64,000 bases of DNA, from assembly GCA_036172245.1 (NCBI GenBank), contig JAYWIR010000015.1:2480001-2544000 (forward strand), in the 5' to 3' direction. Both the position numbers and the translations under genes were made by a program. Position 1 is the stretch's first letter, and each line of letters starts with the position of its first letter. The notes beneath the pieces were generated by a model that worked only from the letters and a program-made list of their open reading frames with translations, made no database searches and was not told the DNA's origin. Below, piece by piece: positions 46,261 to 58,937 of this stretch. This DNA comes from Raillietiella orientalis. Taxonomy: Eukaryota.

Positions 46261-48949
46261 GCGCCTTCCTCCATCGGCTAGCTCGCACACCCTGCGTCCC
46301 TCGCCGTCTCACGCAACAGCTCTCGCAGAGGCCCAGCGGGAGAGTGTCGAAGTCAGGCGCGGCAGCGCCAGCAACCTCTCGCCCCCATCTTGGAAGTGTG
46401 AGCTCGCGCGGAACCACGTGATGCCGCATTTCGACGGCCCCTCCAGTCAGAAGAGTAGCAAAAGAAAAAATCTCGGTCCTCCCGCACTGAGTGGACACGC
46501 ACGAGTCGCGCGCCCCAACGGTGCGTGCGGATGCCTTCGTACTGCGATGAATGACTCATTAGCGGTGCGGGTCATGTGCCGGCTGATTAGGTTTTTGATT
46601 CTATGAAGATCTCCAGCTCATCTCCTATGCTACCACCTCCCCCCCCCCTTCAAATGAGCTGTCTTTGTTGTCTCCTTACTCGAGGACGTCCTGGAAACGT
46701 TAGCTAATGCAATTTGGAACCCTGCAGAAGCGAGTAGGTGAGCGAGAGGAGCTGGAATATAGAGGGATCTCTTCGTCTCACTGTGTAGGAGACATCCCCT
46801 CGCCTCGTGCCGCACCTGAGCAGGTCCTACAAACTCTCCACCTTCCCCTGGGGAAGGGAGGGTCAGTCCCTCATCCCTTCCTGGGATCAGGAGTTGCGCA
46901 ACAAAATGAAGCGCGATGCTTCCGGAGTCTCCCCAATATACCCATCGGTCTCCTCCCACCTGCCCCTCGCACTTACCCTACAACTCTTTGAGCCTTGGTT
47001 TGGCGCCGACTCAGGTGCATGTTTCCCCCCCCCCCCCCCGCCTCTCCGCTCAATCCCTGAGAAGGTCCGTCCCAAGGGACGGATTCCAGTGGGTCGCGCA
47101 AGGTCTTCCGGAAAGTCCGCTTCCCACCTATCCGCCCTCCCCTTTTCTGTATCTTCGTAACACCTCATCCTGACCGGAGGGATCGCCGCCTCTGACTATC
47201 CAAGTGCCAGGAGTTTACGAAGCGGAAGCTAAGGAGGGGGGGAATCTCGAAAACATGGCTGCAGGCAAACTGTAAGTGAAGAAACTTGGGGAATTTCTTC
47301 GACAGTGTGCGCCTGCTTTCTCCACCTATTGCTTCCCAGAAAGAACGTACTGAGCAGTTCAGGGAGTGTCAGGATCCTAGCAGCAGAACCGGCCTTGATC
47401 ACCCTCAAAACTGGGATTTCTCATTGGTTCTCGAGGCTCTTCTCTCGTCATCTTCAGTTCGAAGGATTCGTGGAGAGTGGGAGAGGCAGCTGGCCTGCCC
47501 AATGCGGAATAGCATTGCCATGATGGCGCCAAACGCAAGTTTCCCGGAGGACTGCTACGCATGCGTTGGTCACCTCACCGTTGCATGTGGTGGTAGTGAG
47601 TAGGTGGAGGAAGTGAGCCGCGCTTCTCTTTCTTCCTGGGACTGGCACAACGCTGCGGGTCGTTCCTGATCTTCGTGGTGTTCCCATCGTACAGGAGATT
47701 CTGGCTGTCCTGAGGGACAGTAACGCAGCGAGAAAAAACGAAGCTGTGATCTTCCGGGCTGTCGATTGGGAAACTGAGTGGAGCGATGGCAAGAAGCTAG
47801 AAACCGGAGAGAAGAGAACCTATTGGAGATTTCTGGGCAAAAGAGACGATGGGTGGTCTCTCTCCTGAGGCTCGCCTTTCTAATCCAGAATAGATGGGGC
47901 GCAATACCGAACACCCTATTCCTCCTCCCTAACGCACCAACAGTAAAGCTGTCTCCCGACTCCGCGATGCCTTCTCCCACGTCTCTCTTGAGATCAAAAA
48001 AGTCCTTTCACGGGAACACTGTGAATAGCTTTCGGGTCAGTAAGACACACCACTACTAGTCGCGTGTTCCTTGCACCAGGACAAGCACCTTCTCCCCCAG
48101 AAGGTGCTCAGTGGCAGCGAGCCACGAGTGTTCCTGCGCTTCCTCTGCAAGCCCGGCGTATTGAAAGATCCCCAATCAGAGTCTGATCGTCCCTTTCTTT
48201 GCAGCTGTGGAGTCCATCTAGTCCTGGCTGCATAGGGTCGCGCATCTATTCTCTTCCCTGTCCGCCAGACTCTCGAGAAAAGAATCTGCTCGCGACGAGC
48301 AAAGGCTGCATCCAACAGCATTCCCACCCACCTTCCGCCTCAACATCCCGAAATCTCGAGGATCCGACTGCTCCGCAGCCTTTTCTTCTTTGCTTCTGAG
48401 AAGACGCCTCATCTCTGAACGGTGCGACCCGACGAAACGCGGAAGACACGAAAACTGGTCAAAGGTCGACCTGTGACCAGGATCCACGGAACATTTGATG
48501 GAGACGATCCGTCTGAACCGCTGTGTGCGTGTGTTTGAAGGGGGGCGGAAAGGAAAGGAGAATCCACCTCTCCTCTTGCGTCATAACGATGAGCAACGCC
48601 CATGTTGCTTCCCTACAGCAACGCGAACCGCGCTACCATCCATTTTTCATGACCTCGTTATGATGGCATTGGCTTCTTCGAGAGCACTAGGCTCCTGGGC
48701 TGCAGGATCAAATATTCACCATGAGGGCGTTCCATCCTGAGTCTCAGGGGAGCTGACACGCGCCAGTGGAGTAGGTCTTTTCCGTAGACGGACCACGAAA
48801 TTCGGGAGATCACGCCGATGGAGGACCTGATGAGATCCATCAGCATAGCACGTGACTGGACGCAGATTCCAGGATCGGACTCCACCCGCGGGAATCATCA
48901 ACAATGATCATCTGCTGATGAATCGCGAAGCATAGAAGGAAATCGCGAT

Positions 48950-49960
48950 GCCCAACGATCTTTTCCGGACGTGTCTCTGAGGAAGTATCTCTCTTCCGCT
49001 GCTGCGGAAACCTCCGTGGTGTGGAGACAAGGAAGAAACCATGCCGGTGACTGACCGAGAGGTCATCGAAATTCCACAGAGAGAGCCATAAGGCCACTCA
49101 ATTCTGGATTCCTAGGAACCAGACGATTACTTCTCCTCCAGCATCTTCCAGTGATGTTCAAAAAGGGATTGTCTTCTGCCGAAAAAGATCGAACTTGGCC
49201 AGAACTGTTGCATCTTCATCATCCTATTGGTAACACCGAAGAGGATCTGTTCCTCAGATGCTTATTCCCTTAGAAAGTGGCCGCATTGTGCGGTCTTCTG
49301 GCGACCACACACTGAGAAGGAAGCCACAAATCCCTTAGATACATGCATCTCTGAAGCAAGAACTGGTGGCGGCAGCGAGGATGGGTGGTGGAAGAAGGAA
49401 CCCTCTCCTCGCGAAATTCTCACAGACATCCTCCTTGGAAACGGAACTTCGAGGGAGTGGAAGGGTCCGCTCTCGAGAGCCTGCGTCCAATCTTCAGAGA
49501 AGGATCTGCATCCTGGTCGTGCGGTGCCGTAAGGCGGCGAACGTAAAGAATGTGGGAGGTCGAACAGCGGACGGCTCTGTCGGCACCAGTCTCTCACAAG
49601 GCATCCCGGAAGGGACGCTCTCTCTGATGCAAAAGAAATGTTCTGGGTTTCCCGATGCCCTAACTTGGAGACTGATCTCGTGTATCGCGGTCGCTTGAAG
49701 GAGCCAGAGCCGATTGCCATCCATGAGGGTCAGGAGGGCTTTCCACAAAGAATAATAAGCCGTAGAAGAAAGTGGAGAAGGAGAAGAGAGGGCACTTAAT
49801 CCAAATCGATCCATCCCGTACGTACCTTGCAGAAGCAGAACGAGAAGCTGAGAGGGAAACCAGGATCTCGACCAAAAGGTAGAAAGGGCATGGAGGAAAT
49901 GGGATGTCCCAACCTGCGAACCGGATAGAAACCTGGGGTTCGTGACCAACTTTTCGCGCG
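48950..49960 (+). mobile_element. Possible highly decayed LINE reverse-transcriptase remnant
   Basis: Motif ghosts in the expected order: MPVTDREVIE, SQGIPEGTLS (GVPQG-like), ALNPNRS, RNLGFV. Many disruptions; no recognisable YADD. Confidence 0.22.
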
Positions 49961-51529
49961 AGCCTATCTCTGGGATAAGAAGGATCTCCGGTCACCCTGT
50001 AAATCGCAAGCATTTGGCTTTTCCAGATGACGCCAGTAGGCGTTTGAGAGGGGCGTTCTCGTGCTATCTGTGAGGCGATTGCAGCTCCTGAGGGCTCCTC
50101 GAGCGGCAGGGGCTGCCCACTTTTGTCTGAGGGTACTAATCTTAGGTTTGGAAGACCGCGTTAGTCACACACGGTCAGCAAAACCGAAGTCCTGCTTCTT
50201 GTGGAAAGATCAGGGGAGGAGAAAGAGAGTGTTGCTGCTCTTGGACTGTGACGCCGTCCTCACTGCCATGGACGTTGGAACCCCAAGGAAAAGAAGGTAG
50301 CGATGGGCGGCTCAAGAATGCGCGGGACTAGGAATCTTGGAATGCACATTTACGAAGTCTACCAAGATTTTCAGTCCTCCTCCTCGGACACACGAAGGAC
50401 GAGGAAAGAAGGAACTTAAAATCCCAGAAGATGCTGCGCGAAGCAGATGAATCGCCATGGAAATTTTTTTCCTCCTTCCTCTGGGCTTGAACTCTGCCGT
50501 CCTTTGAAGTGTTGAAGGCGAGTGCTACCGTGCAGATCTTCATCTAGGGATTCAGATCCAACACTTAAGGACAGCTCTCCCTCTGCCAGGTTGGTCACTG
50601 GCTTACACTTACTTCCTTGCCTTCAGGAGGTGGCTTCTGACTTTATAACCCATCACCGGACCGCGAAAAGTTGGTGCTACGATCACTTGGAATGGATCTC
50701 CCCGCAAATGAGGGTTAAGGGATGATGACTCTTGAGGTATCACCTTTGGTATCGGCAGCAGATGCCCTTTCCGGAATCAGCAGCAGAGCAATTTGTGCCG
50801 CCTTTCCCAACCTGAAAGGCCATCAGAAAGGAAGGTGCTCCTGAATGCTGAATGCTGCAGAAAGATGTCCGGACCTTGACTCTAGAACCTTGCTAGGTCT
50901 ATGGCTAACGTACCTTGGATGGTTTTGGTGGAGAAATAGGACAACGTATCTTTGAATAAGAGAGAAAGCAAGAGAAGGGAGGGTGACTTCTGTCCACTTT
51001 CAGGCTCAACCCTAGTCCGGTGGCGTGAAAGGATCATTATTCAGTGCAAGACAATCAAGCTTCGTCTCCTCCTCTCGGAGAAGGGAGATCAAGATCAAGT
51101 GCGGTGGCAACCGACCGCGTAAAAGAAGAACGAATCTTTGGATACGCAAAGAACTTTCAAGGAAGATCGTGGTGGAAACAAAGGAGGAGCGATTTCCAGG
51201 GAATGACCGACAGGGACATCATCATTTGAGTTCGGAGAACTATTTCCGAGAGAAGACCGCAAGACGAAACGATGGCACGAGAAGACGCTCGCTCTTCCGG
51301 TTTTAGGTCCTATGAAATACGGAGGAAGGACCGAAGAGCTGGAAGTTAGCCTCAGGAGAGAAGAAACCCACTCAGTTCGGGAGTGAGAGTGCATTACGGA
51401 CCTTCCGGATGGCTCCTCGAGTGACGATGATTCCAGGAACCTTCCTCGAAGCGGAGCGGGACAGGATGGGCAGGTGTCAGGAAGGAGAGGGAAGCAGGAA
51501 TGGAAATGTAGAAAAAAAAAGGGAAAAAC

Positions 51530-52501
51530 TGGGCTTTCCCCCTGGAAGAATCGCCCACATTCTTCCAGGACGAGGTTGAGCGATCACTGTAGGACGAGCT
51601 TGACCGCATCGGGATCTGAGAGAACGACGTTCTTGCAGTGATGCCCGTGAGCGCTCTGGGACACCGGGAGGTACACTGTACAGCCTTTGTCCAGCTCCTG
51701 CTCCGCATTTCGCTGATGATCCAGATAAAGGAGGTCGTTTCTTCGGCCACGGACCATTCGTTCGTGATCCAGCTCTCGGCCACCCGGCCGTGCACTTCCG
51801 ATCGTGAGTTCTTCAGCGCGCTGGAAGCATTTGCCACGGTTCACGTGCTGTGGGGAAAGACAAAACTTACTAAAAGGGTCGCATCCCTTCACAGAGGAAT
51901 TGACACGGCGCGAGTCACGATGACAGACCGGAGGCTTTTGCCTTCCCAGCCCCAGGTGAGAGAAGAGGTTGTTTATCTTCGGTGTGACGGGCAGCGACCG
52001 GCATGCAGCATTTGCAGCAAGAACCACTGCGCGCGCGAGTTCCCTACTGTAAGATGCTCTCATCCACTGCTACTGTAAGATGATCGGCTACTCCATCAAG
52101 GAGTGCGCTGAGCTAAGACGGAAAAGGCAAACGAGAAATCGCCTTGAATCAAAAAAAAAAAATCTGGAAAGAAAGCAGGGAAGACAGAAAAAGAAGCAAA
52201 CAAAAGATTTCCATCAGGGGTCAGCTGCGTGAAGCCTGGTAGAGGTCTCAAGTGCCTCCGTCTCCTACTCTGCCGTGCTACTGACTGTCCCCTCTCCGGA
52301 CGAGGAGAGCAGCAAGCCGCCATCTTCGCTGCGATGCAGGGAATCTCCTCTTCTCGTAGTTTGTTCGCGGCCTATTGGGACGTCAGCGGAATGAAGAACC
52401 ACGAGAAGAGGCTAGCTGCAGCAATTAGTCTGCATTCCTTCGACTTGGCACTCTTGCAGGAGATCCACAAGATCTCCGATGAGCAGGCTGCCGAGATTTC
52501 T
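51530..52501 (+). mobile_element. Decayed Tx1/L1-like LINE 5' part: ORF1 (RRM + CCHC knuckle) and start of ORF2 APE endonuclease
   Basis: ORF1-like GIDTARVTMTDRRLLPSQPQVREEVVYLRCDGQRPACSICSKNHCARE. A-rich spacer at ~52150-52215. Then AYWDVSGMKNHEKR...FDLALLQEIH (WNVNG and LQETH motifs of APE endonucleases), cut off at 52501 by copy 3. Confidence 0.7.
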
Positions 52502-53300
52502 CACCCGGTCACGTCAGGGCGTTTATTTTATAACAAATAAACAAGTTGGAAACAAATTCCCCAGCAAAAAACAAAACAAGCAACACCGACACGCAGGCCG
52601 GGATAACGGAAGGGGCTCGGGGGACAACAAAAGGAAAATTAAATGGGCTGGGATAGAACAGGGATCTTCTCCGGGAGGCACTGGAATAAAAATAAAAACA
52701 CCAGGAAAGAATCGGAGCGAAAGCAGATGAAGAATGAAAAAAAATGAAAATTAAAGGGTGGGAGGGGGCAAGGTTCACCGGGGTCCGCCGTTCATAACTG
52801 TTCATCAAACGGCTGTGGATGCCGGCGATTTCCTTTGCTTTTTCCTTCAGATGGGGCCACCTTGCGACCGTCCTCATGCAAGCAGCTGCCAGACGGTGGG
52901 CCTCTTCGCTGCGCTGCCGTCTCCATCACGTAGTGGGCTTTAAGAATGGCATGAATGCAAGAGCCTGTTGCGACTGCTGCGCCACCTAAAAGTCTGTTGC
53001 GCGTGAGAAAACGCCTCAGCAGGTCCTTCTCAGTGTCCCCCTGGAGCTAAGCGGCTTAAGCAGGCTTCCACCACAGTTCGCGGGGGGCACCGCAGTCGAG
53101 CAAAAGGTGCGGGACGATCAAATCGTTCCCGCACCTCGAGCAGTTCGGTAAGACTGCTCCCCCGGAAACGATGTGTCGCTGATGATTGAACTGAAATCCT
53201 CAGTATAAAAAGAGCAGCACTCCTGCTTCAATCGCAAGGGGAACACCGAGGTGTCGACCCTTTGGCTCTGTCCGGAAGCATCTCGGTGGCACACAATCCG
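52502..53300 (-). mobile_element. 5'-truncated Tx1/L1-like LINE 3' end (copy 3), inserted antisense into the preceding element
   Basis: SVFPLRLKQE, GAVLPNCSRCGNDLIVPHLLLDCGAPRELW (zf-RVT-like) and RTVARWPHLKEKAKEIAGIHSRL. Ends AATAAACGCCCTGACGTGACCGGGTG. The 5' boundary is approximate. Confidence 0.72.
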
Positions 53301-54334
53301 CACCGGTGGGAAACGAAAATTAAAGGATCGGTAAGAGGGAGAAGATCAGTAAAGAGAGAGGAGACCCCTCTTTCGTAGGGGAAGGCAAAAAAGAATGAGG
53401 AGAAGTAGGGGAGGATCATGTTCTGGCAGCCCTGGGATTGCAAAGGCTGCAACGTTCTCGCGCCTCCTTCCGGCTTGGGACGAGGCATATTTTCACGGCA
53501 CGCTCTCGCACGCACCCGCGAGGCAGGTCGCCTACGAAAGACGAACGGTGCGGAGACTATGAAGGGACGGCCTATGAAAGAGGCTGGAATTAGGAAGGGA
53601 GTCAGCGGAAGAGGAGGTTGCGTCCACCTTGAAGTAGCGTGGAGGTTCCAGAGACTAGAAAGAATCCTGAAGCTTCTAGACTGGGAGAGGAAACCGGAAC
53701 AGGGAGGTTTCGGTAAGTATCATCAGGCAAGTGAGCGACGGCTCCCTTGCGGGACGCTCCCTCTGGAACGATTCTCCAGGTGGATCCGATGGGGTCGAGT
53801 GAGAATTTCCTTTCCCTTTGCAACGGACCGCTGCTTCTGCTGCTCCTCGGGGAGAGGGAAAGGGACCTAGTCCCGAACGGAAGGAACTTCTCTTCCCAGG
53901 GAGGAGAGCCTACTCAAAGCATTTGAGGTCCTCCAGATTGCGGAGGACACGAAAAGGCTCAAAGAAATTTTGCCCTCAGAAGTTACCGAGGTTTCAGACT
54001 CACACTCGAAGAGGATACAGGATGGAAGCTGAGTTACTCGGTGGACGGTTACTCGGACGCTCTGTGGAATTCCCTGCGCTCTCCTCATCTCAGTACCCGC
54101 CGAGGGTTCGACGCCTTCCCTTGCCGAAAAGCTTCCGGAAGCTCCCGAACGATGTCAACTGCGGGAAAATCTTTTGGTATGCCTTTGCTGGACCTGAGCG
54201 CTCCAGAGAGCTCTCAAACTAGGAGCGCCCTTCCTTCCTCTACGCTCTCCACTTTCGAGAAGCATCGGGAGCGTCTATGCAATGGGGACGTGCTCCGATC
54301 TCGGGCCAACCCTCTCCCATGTCTTTCCAGTCTT

Positions 54335-54545
54335 CCCAACACCTCTCAGACTTGACCCACGAGCATCCTCCTCCACACCCCGTGCTGCTGTGGCGGCATT
54401 CTTAATCCTTTCATATGGTGTGATGACCAGGAAACACTTGTCATTTCGTTCACATTCAAGATGAAGGAAGAAGCAGGATTGAAGTGAAAGGAATGATCGG
54501 GAACTGCAGCGCCGTACGCTGCATGTAGGCCTTGTAAGGTGATCA
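54335..54545 (+). mobile_element. Possible continuation of the interrupted APE endonuclease
   Basis: SSSTPRAAVAAFLI (GVAIL-like) then RELQRRTLHVGL (GRLLHV-like), in the order expected after LQEIH; frameshifted. Confidence 0.3.
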
Positions 54546-56380
54546 GAGCCTGACCTGCAGTTTCTCAACGGCGGGGAAGTCGACAGCTTTGGAATCGACG
54601 CAAAGAGCAACTCAACTTGGTGCTTTCCCAGGCGTTCTTCGAGAAACGTTTACTTTCCGTGTTTTCCCTCATCCCTCAAGTCGACTGTTGCTCCTTGCCA
54701 GAAAAATTATTACCTCGGGGTTCCTAGATGAAGAATAGAAGATTCCTCCCGAGAGTCTCGATCTGTGCGTAACCAGACTGCGGCGACTAGAACGGCATGC
54801 CCTGAGAAGGGAGCCTCCCGCCTTCAGGACTCTTGGGCAGGTTCCATGGCACCGAAGCATGCATGGATCCACCTCGGAATCGAAGCGCTCGTCAGCTGGC
54901 AGAGCCCATCGAACGGAAAGTGCTGTCGCCGCTGACACCGCTGATGCGTTTCGGAGACGGATCCGGGAACCGGAAAGTTCGAGTTCCCCTCGCCGTCGCT
55001 GGAGCAGCGGATCTTCTCGTTCTCCCCGCGAGACGAGATTTCCGGTCGCTTCTTCTCCTCCGTCCTCGCTCCACTCTTCTCATTCACTCCTGTTCCTAAC
55101 CTCCTCCTCCAACTATCTCCCCCCTCCTCCTATCTTCCTCCTACGGAAGTTTCATGGGTTTATTCTCTTGCGTCGTCATAGCCTTCGAGTTCGGGAGTGC
55201 TCTGCTTTTCGGGTCTTTCTGCGCCGGCAGGATAAGTCCTAGAGAATCGGGAGTGATTCGGGAAGTCCTGCTGGAATGAAGACTACGAAGACGCAGCCGC
55301 TGCCGCACCGAGAGGGGCGAAATTTTTTCCTGTCTCCCTACAGAGATCATCTTTCTTCGTTGCCCTTCCTCGTCGTCACCCGAGTGCCACGAGTGCATCA
55401 TCCGCGAGCGTGACGTGGAAGGTTTCATCAGTATCTGGAAGTAGGGCACCTGGGACTGAAAGAAAAGGCACTGCACTCGGTTTTCTCTGAGGGGGGTGGG
55501 GGGGAATCAGAGAGTTTTTGTCGAGGGGATCGCGGGAGTAGATGCTCAGGGGCACGACCGACAGGAGTGAAGAGAAGCATTCCTCGGTTTGAGCAGCGTG
55601 ACCCTGAAATATCCGGAGTAGGAATCACGTGCATCATAGATGATTCTACGAGAAAGGAAGGGGGGGAGGAGGGCGGGTAAGCGGAAGGAGGGGTGGGTGG
55701 GGAAAGATGGAAAGAGAGGCAGAGATCTAGAAACTTGCTCTTCAGCAGCACTGTGTGGTACTGCATCAGTAACTCGATACTCATAGGAGAAGACGTTGCG
55801 GCGTCCACACCCGTACCACCAGGGTTTCGATCGAGATCTCGAGGGAATCTTGACCGATGGATGTTCTGCTCAGATGCTGCTCTTGCCAAACTCTGAACCA
55901 GGAATCTACTCTGCCAAATGTGGTCCTCTCTCACAATTCTCTTGTCCAATAGGCTGTTCTCTGGTTCCACCTTCACTCGGAAGGAGCTCTAGGTGACGAA
56001 GCCTACACAAGAAACAGGACTCTGAGTATGGAGAGGCAATGTCCTTGAAGAAAGGAGTGGAAGGACTTCTATTCGGAACCACTAATCGCTGTGGCCACGA
56101 TCTCGCAGAAGCGGGATGGACGAGAAGATTCTCTGGGGCTGCCTCTTCTAGCAGTGAGCCTGACTCCTCTGAAAACGGCAAGGTGGAGAGCACGGCTGCT
56201 GCACAGGGTCTCTCCGGTCCTGAAGAGACAAGTTGTATCAGGGTGTTCATCCATTAAGAAGACAGGGAGGAGGAGGAAAAGGAGGAGAACGTGGCGGCGG
56301 AACGGGTCCATACGGGATCTGCGTGGTCATCCCATCCTTCGGCCTTGCGACGTACTCAATCAAGGGCAAGAAGGGATTAT

Positions 56381-58578
56381 CACCCGGTTTGCCGGGGCAT
56401 TTACTAAGTAGATTAATAAAATTACATTGGTCGTAGAACCGTTGGTTCCACCACGTGCGACGAACCTGTCGAAGAGTTCTCAGACCGGCGTGGTCCACTT
56501 CGGCAGCGTGGGGGAAAGGAAAACCAAAACAAAATAAATAAACAAACAAAACAGGGGAGGAAATTTTACACGGGGAGGGGCGAGGGGGAGGAGGAACGGA
56601 GGATGGATCACATTACGTTGCCAGGCGTCTCCGGCATCCTGTTCAGGATGCTTCCAAGTTCTGTCCGGATAGTGCCCAGGTGGGGCCATCTCGAGGCGAT
56701 CCTCAGGAAGATCCGCGCCCAGTGCATGGCGTCCTTGCTATTCTGGCCTCCTCTTCCGGCGTTCCAGACCGCCACAATTCCGGGGACGCAGCACAGAACT
56801 GCGAGGGACGCGGCCGACGGCAGAGCGGCACGCGCGAAGAGACGTTTGAAAATGTTCCTGGGGCCACCAGTCGGGGTTCCTAGGACCGTCGAAGACGATC
56901 TTAAAGGCTCGGAGAACAGTATAGACCAACAGCAGGTGTGGGAGGGTCTCCTTCTTCCGTACCTGTCGCACTTGCATCCACTCTTCCCCCCTCCCTCCGT
57001 GTCCAGTGGTGAAGGCGCGCTTTGCATGAGATTCCCCCATGCAACACCAGCAACGCCAACTCCCGCCACTTGAGGAGAAGGGTACCATTGTTCCAGCATG
57101 CTGGGGGCCACTCCATCTCCTTCTGAGGGATACCGAGGAGCTCCACCCAGCGTTCAAGTCCGTAAGCTGGGACATTCGGGATCTCAGCGTCCGTCGCTTC
57201 CAGAGTTGTTCATGCCCCCCAGAAGTTTCGTTTTTGCTGCTATGGAGCACGTTACTTCCCATTTTGCCTCGATTACGCCGTTACATCTAACCCCCTTGTC
57301 CCCGTGTTGCCGTTCCCTAGGGAGGGCAGCACAAGGACAAGGGGTAGATGAGACCCACAGCATCTTCTGCGGGTGGCGTACGATCTCCTCCAACGACTTG
57401 CGAGTGTTGACGCATCACCTCAGGCAGGAGTACCCCACCTCTCTCGCGCCGTGGGTCTTCCCCCAAGCAAAGACCGACTCCTAAAGCCAGGCAGTGCAGT
57501 TCGTGGGAAGGCAGGAGATCAAGGTGTCACCTCCTCCAGGGCAACCATGTGGCGGAGTTGGCATCCGCAACGCCTCAGGAATCTCTCGCGAGAGACGAGG
57601 AGGGATGCGAGTCCCTCGCAACCGGTCGCGCTCTTCGCAAGGAGCCGTGCTGGTGCGCACCAGGGCGTGGTTCATAGCCTCACTGAGAGGATTCTTCTGA
57701 ATGGGAGCTGACTTTCCATCCTCTCCAGCGTAGGGAGGCCCAGTTCACCATCCTTGCGCGGAGCACACAAGTCGGACCCAGACTAGGCTTCTGTTACGCA
57801 AAAGTTCCCCAGCGGAACGCCAAGGTACTTCAAGTACCTGCCCGCAGGGATCCCCGAGCGGATCCAGTCCAGATTCCTTGCACACGCTGATCCAACCGCT
57901 ACCACGGACGATTTCGCCCTGTTCACCTCCAGGACAGCTCTACGATTACCCACCCGTGCGCACAGGTGGTTGTCAAGGAACACGTGGTTCATGCTTCCCT
58001 CCATCCTGGCTTGTCCGGTCAGCAAGTTGCGCACGTGCATTGCCACGCACATCTCGTTGACCAGATTGGCGCTTCCATTCGGCCCACCTTACAGCAGAAG
58101 GACATTGAAGACCTCAGCTATCAGGTGAGCCCTCCCAACACCTGCTTCGGCCAGCCAGTCGCGCTTCATGTCCTCGAAGAACGTTGTCCGTTCTAAGTAG
58201 GCCCGACTGCCGCTGGGCGCTTACACGTTGGTGGTGATGAGGTTGATCTCGTCGGACCACTCGACCACAAACTGTCCAACTCGACTGTTCTCGTCGAAGC
58301 GAACGTCCCGTATGGCTACCTGTTCTCGAGTTGCAGCTTCAGCAGGAAGACCACTCTGCGGTAGCGGAGGGAACCGCAACGCCAGATCAGCGCGCCTCTC
58401 GATTTCCTGGATTTCCTGCGCGGAGATCACGTGGATCTCCTGCAACTGCACCGGTTCGAGTCTCGCAGAGTGGAGGCTACGTCCCGTTTCTTGCCGCCGT
58501 CCCTCAGCCCGTTGACGTTCCAATAGGTTACGCGTAGCTGGAGGTGTGAGGCGGTCCCGGATTTATTCCTGGGAAACT
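56381..58578 (-). mobile_element. Internally deleted Tx1/L1-like LINE (copy 4), ~2.2 kb, flanked by a 17-bp TSD
   Basis: Endonuclease: LRVTYWNVNGLRD, LQEIH, NV*AP, LIAEVFNV. RT C-terminal part: LEVNRAKS, LKYLGVPLG. Then LCAPRKDGELGLP, CKCDR..KKETLPHLLLV and RWPHLGTIRTEL. Ends AGTAAATGCCCCGGCAAACCGGGTG. Direct repeats GGGCAAGAAGGGATTAT (56364-56380) and GGGCAAGAAGGAATGAT (58579-58595), 15/17. Confidence 0.85.
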
Positions 58579-58937
58579 GGGCAAGAAGGAATGATGAAAA
58601 TCCTTTGGGATTCTTTTCTGTTTTCGCCGGTTTCCTTCTGGCCTTTTTTTCTTTTCTTTTTTTTGGTTCGCTGAGTACTGGAGAGGAACCGTCCTCCCTG
58701 AGGGGGGCTCCCTGCACAGCCGGAGAGGAACCCCGAAGGAAACGACCCTTCGATTCCTGGAGGGTCAGCTATCAAATCCCAGCCACTCATCGGGGACATC
58801 GGTTTTAGGTTTCAACCGGTTCCGCACTCGAATGTGACCCCTTCGCTTTCCAGCATGACAACCATCGAAAATCTCTTAGCTCCGAACTCCTCCGGAGCTT
58901 CTGGCGTGTGGATTCAAGAATTTCAGGATGGCATTTT

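Noticed and set aside
47450..48000. Tyrosine-recombinase (DIRS) remnant suggested by STARKITAS
   Set aside because: No catalytic R-H-R-Y pattern or DIRS RT/RNase H nearby.
55430..55980. Endonuclease-like motifs (DRNPGGTGV on minus; ILIGED/NLDRW on plus)
   Set aside because: Equally weak on both strands, so it cannot be assigned by eye.
56381..56405. Hairpin as a Helitron 3' end
   Set aside because: No CTRR terminus, 16-17 bp TSDs are present, and the attached coding remnants are APE/RT/zinc finger.
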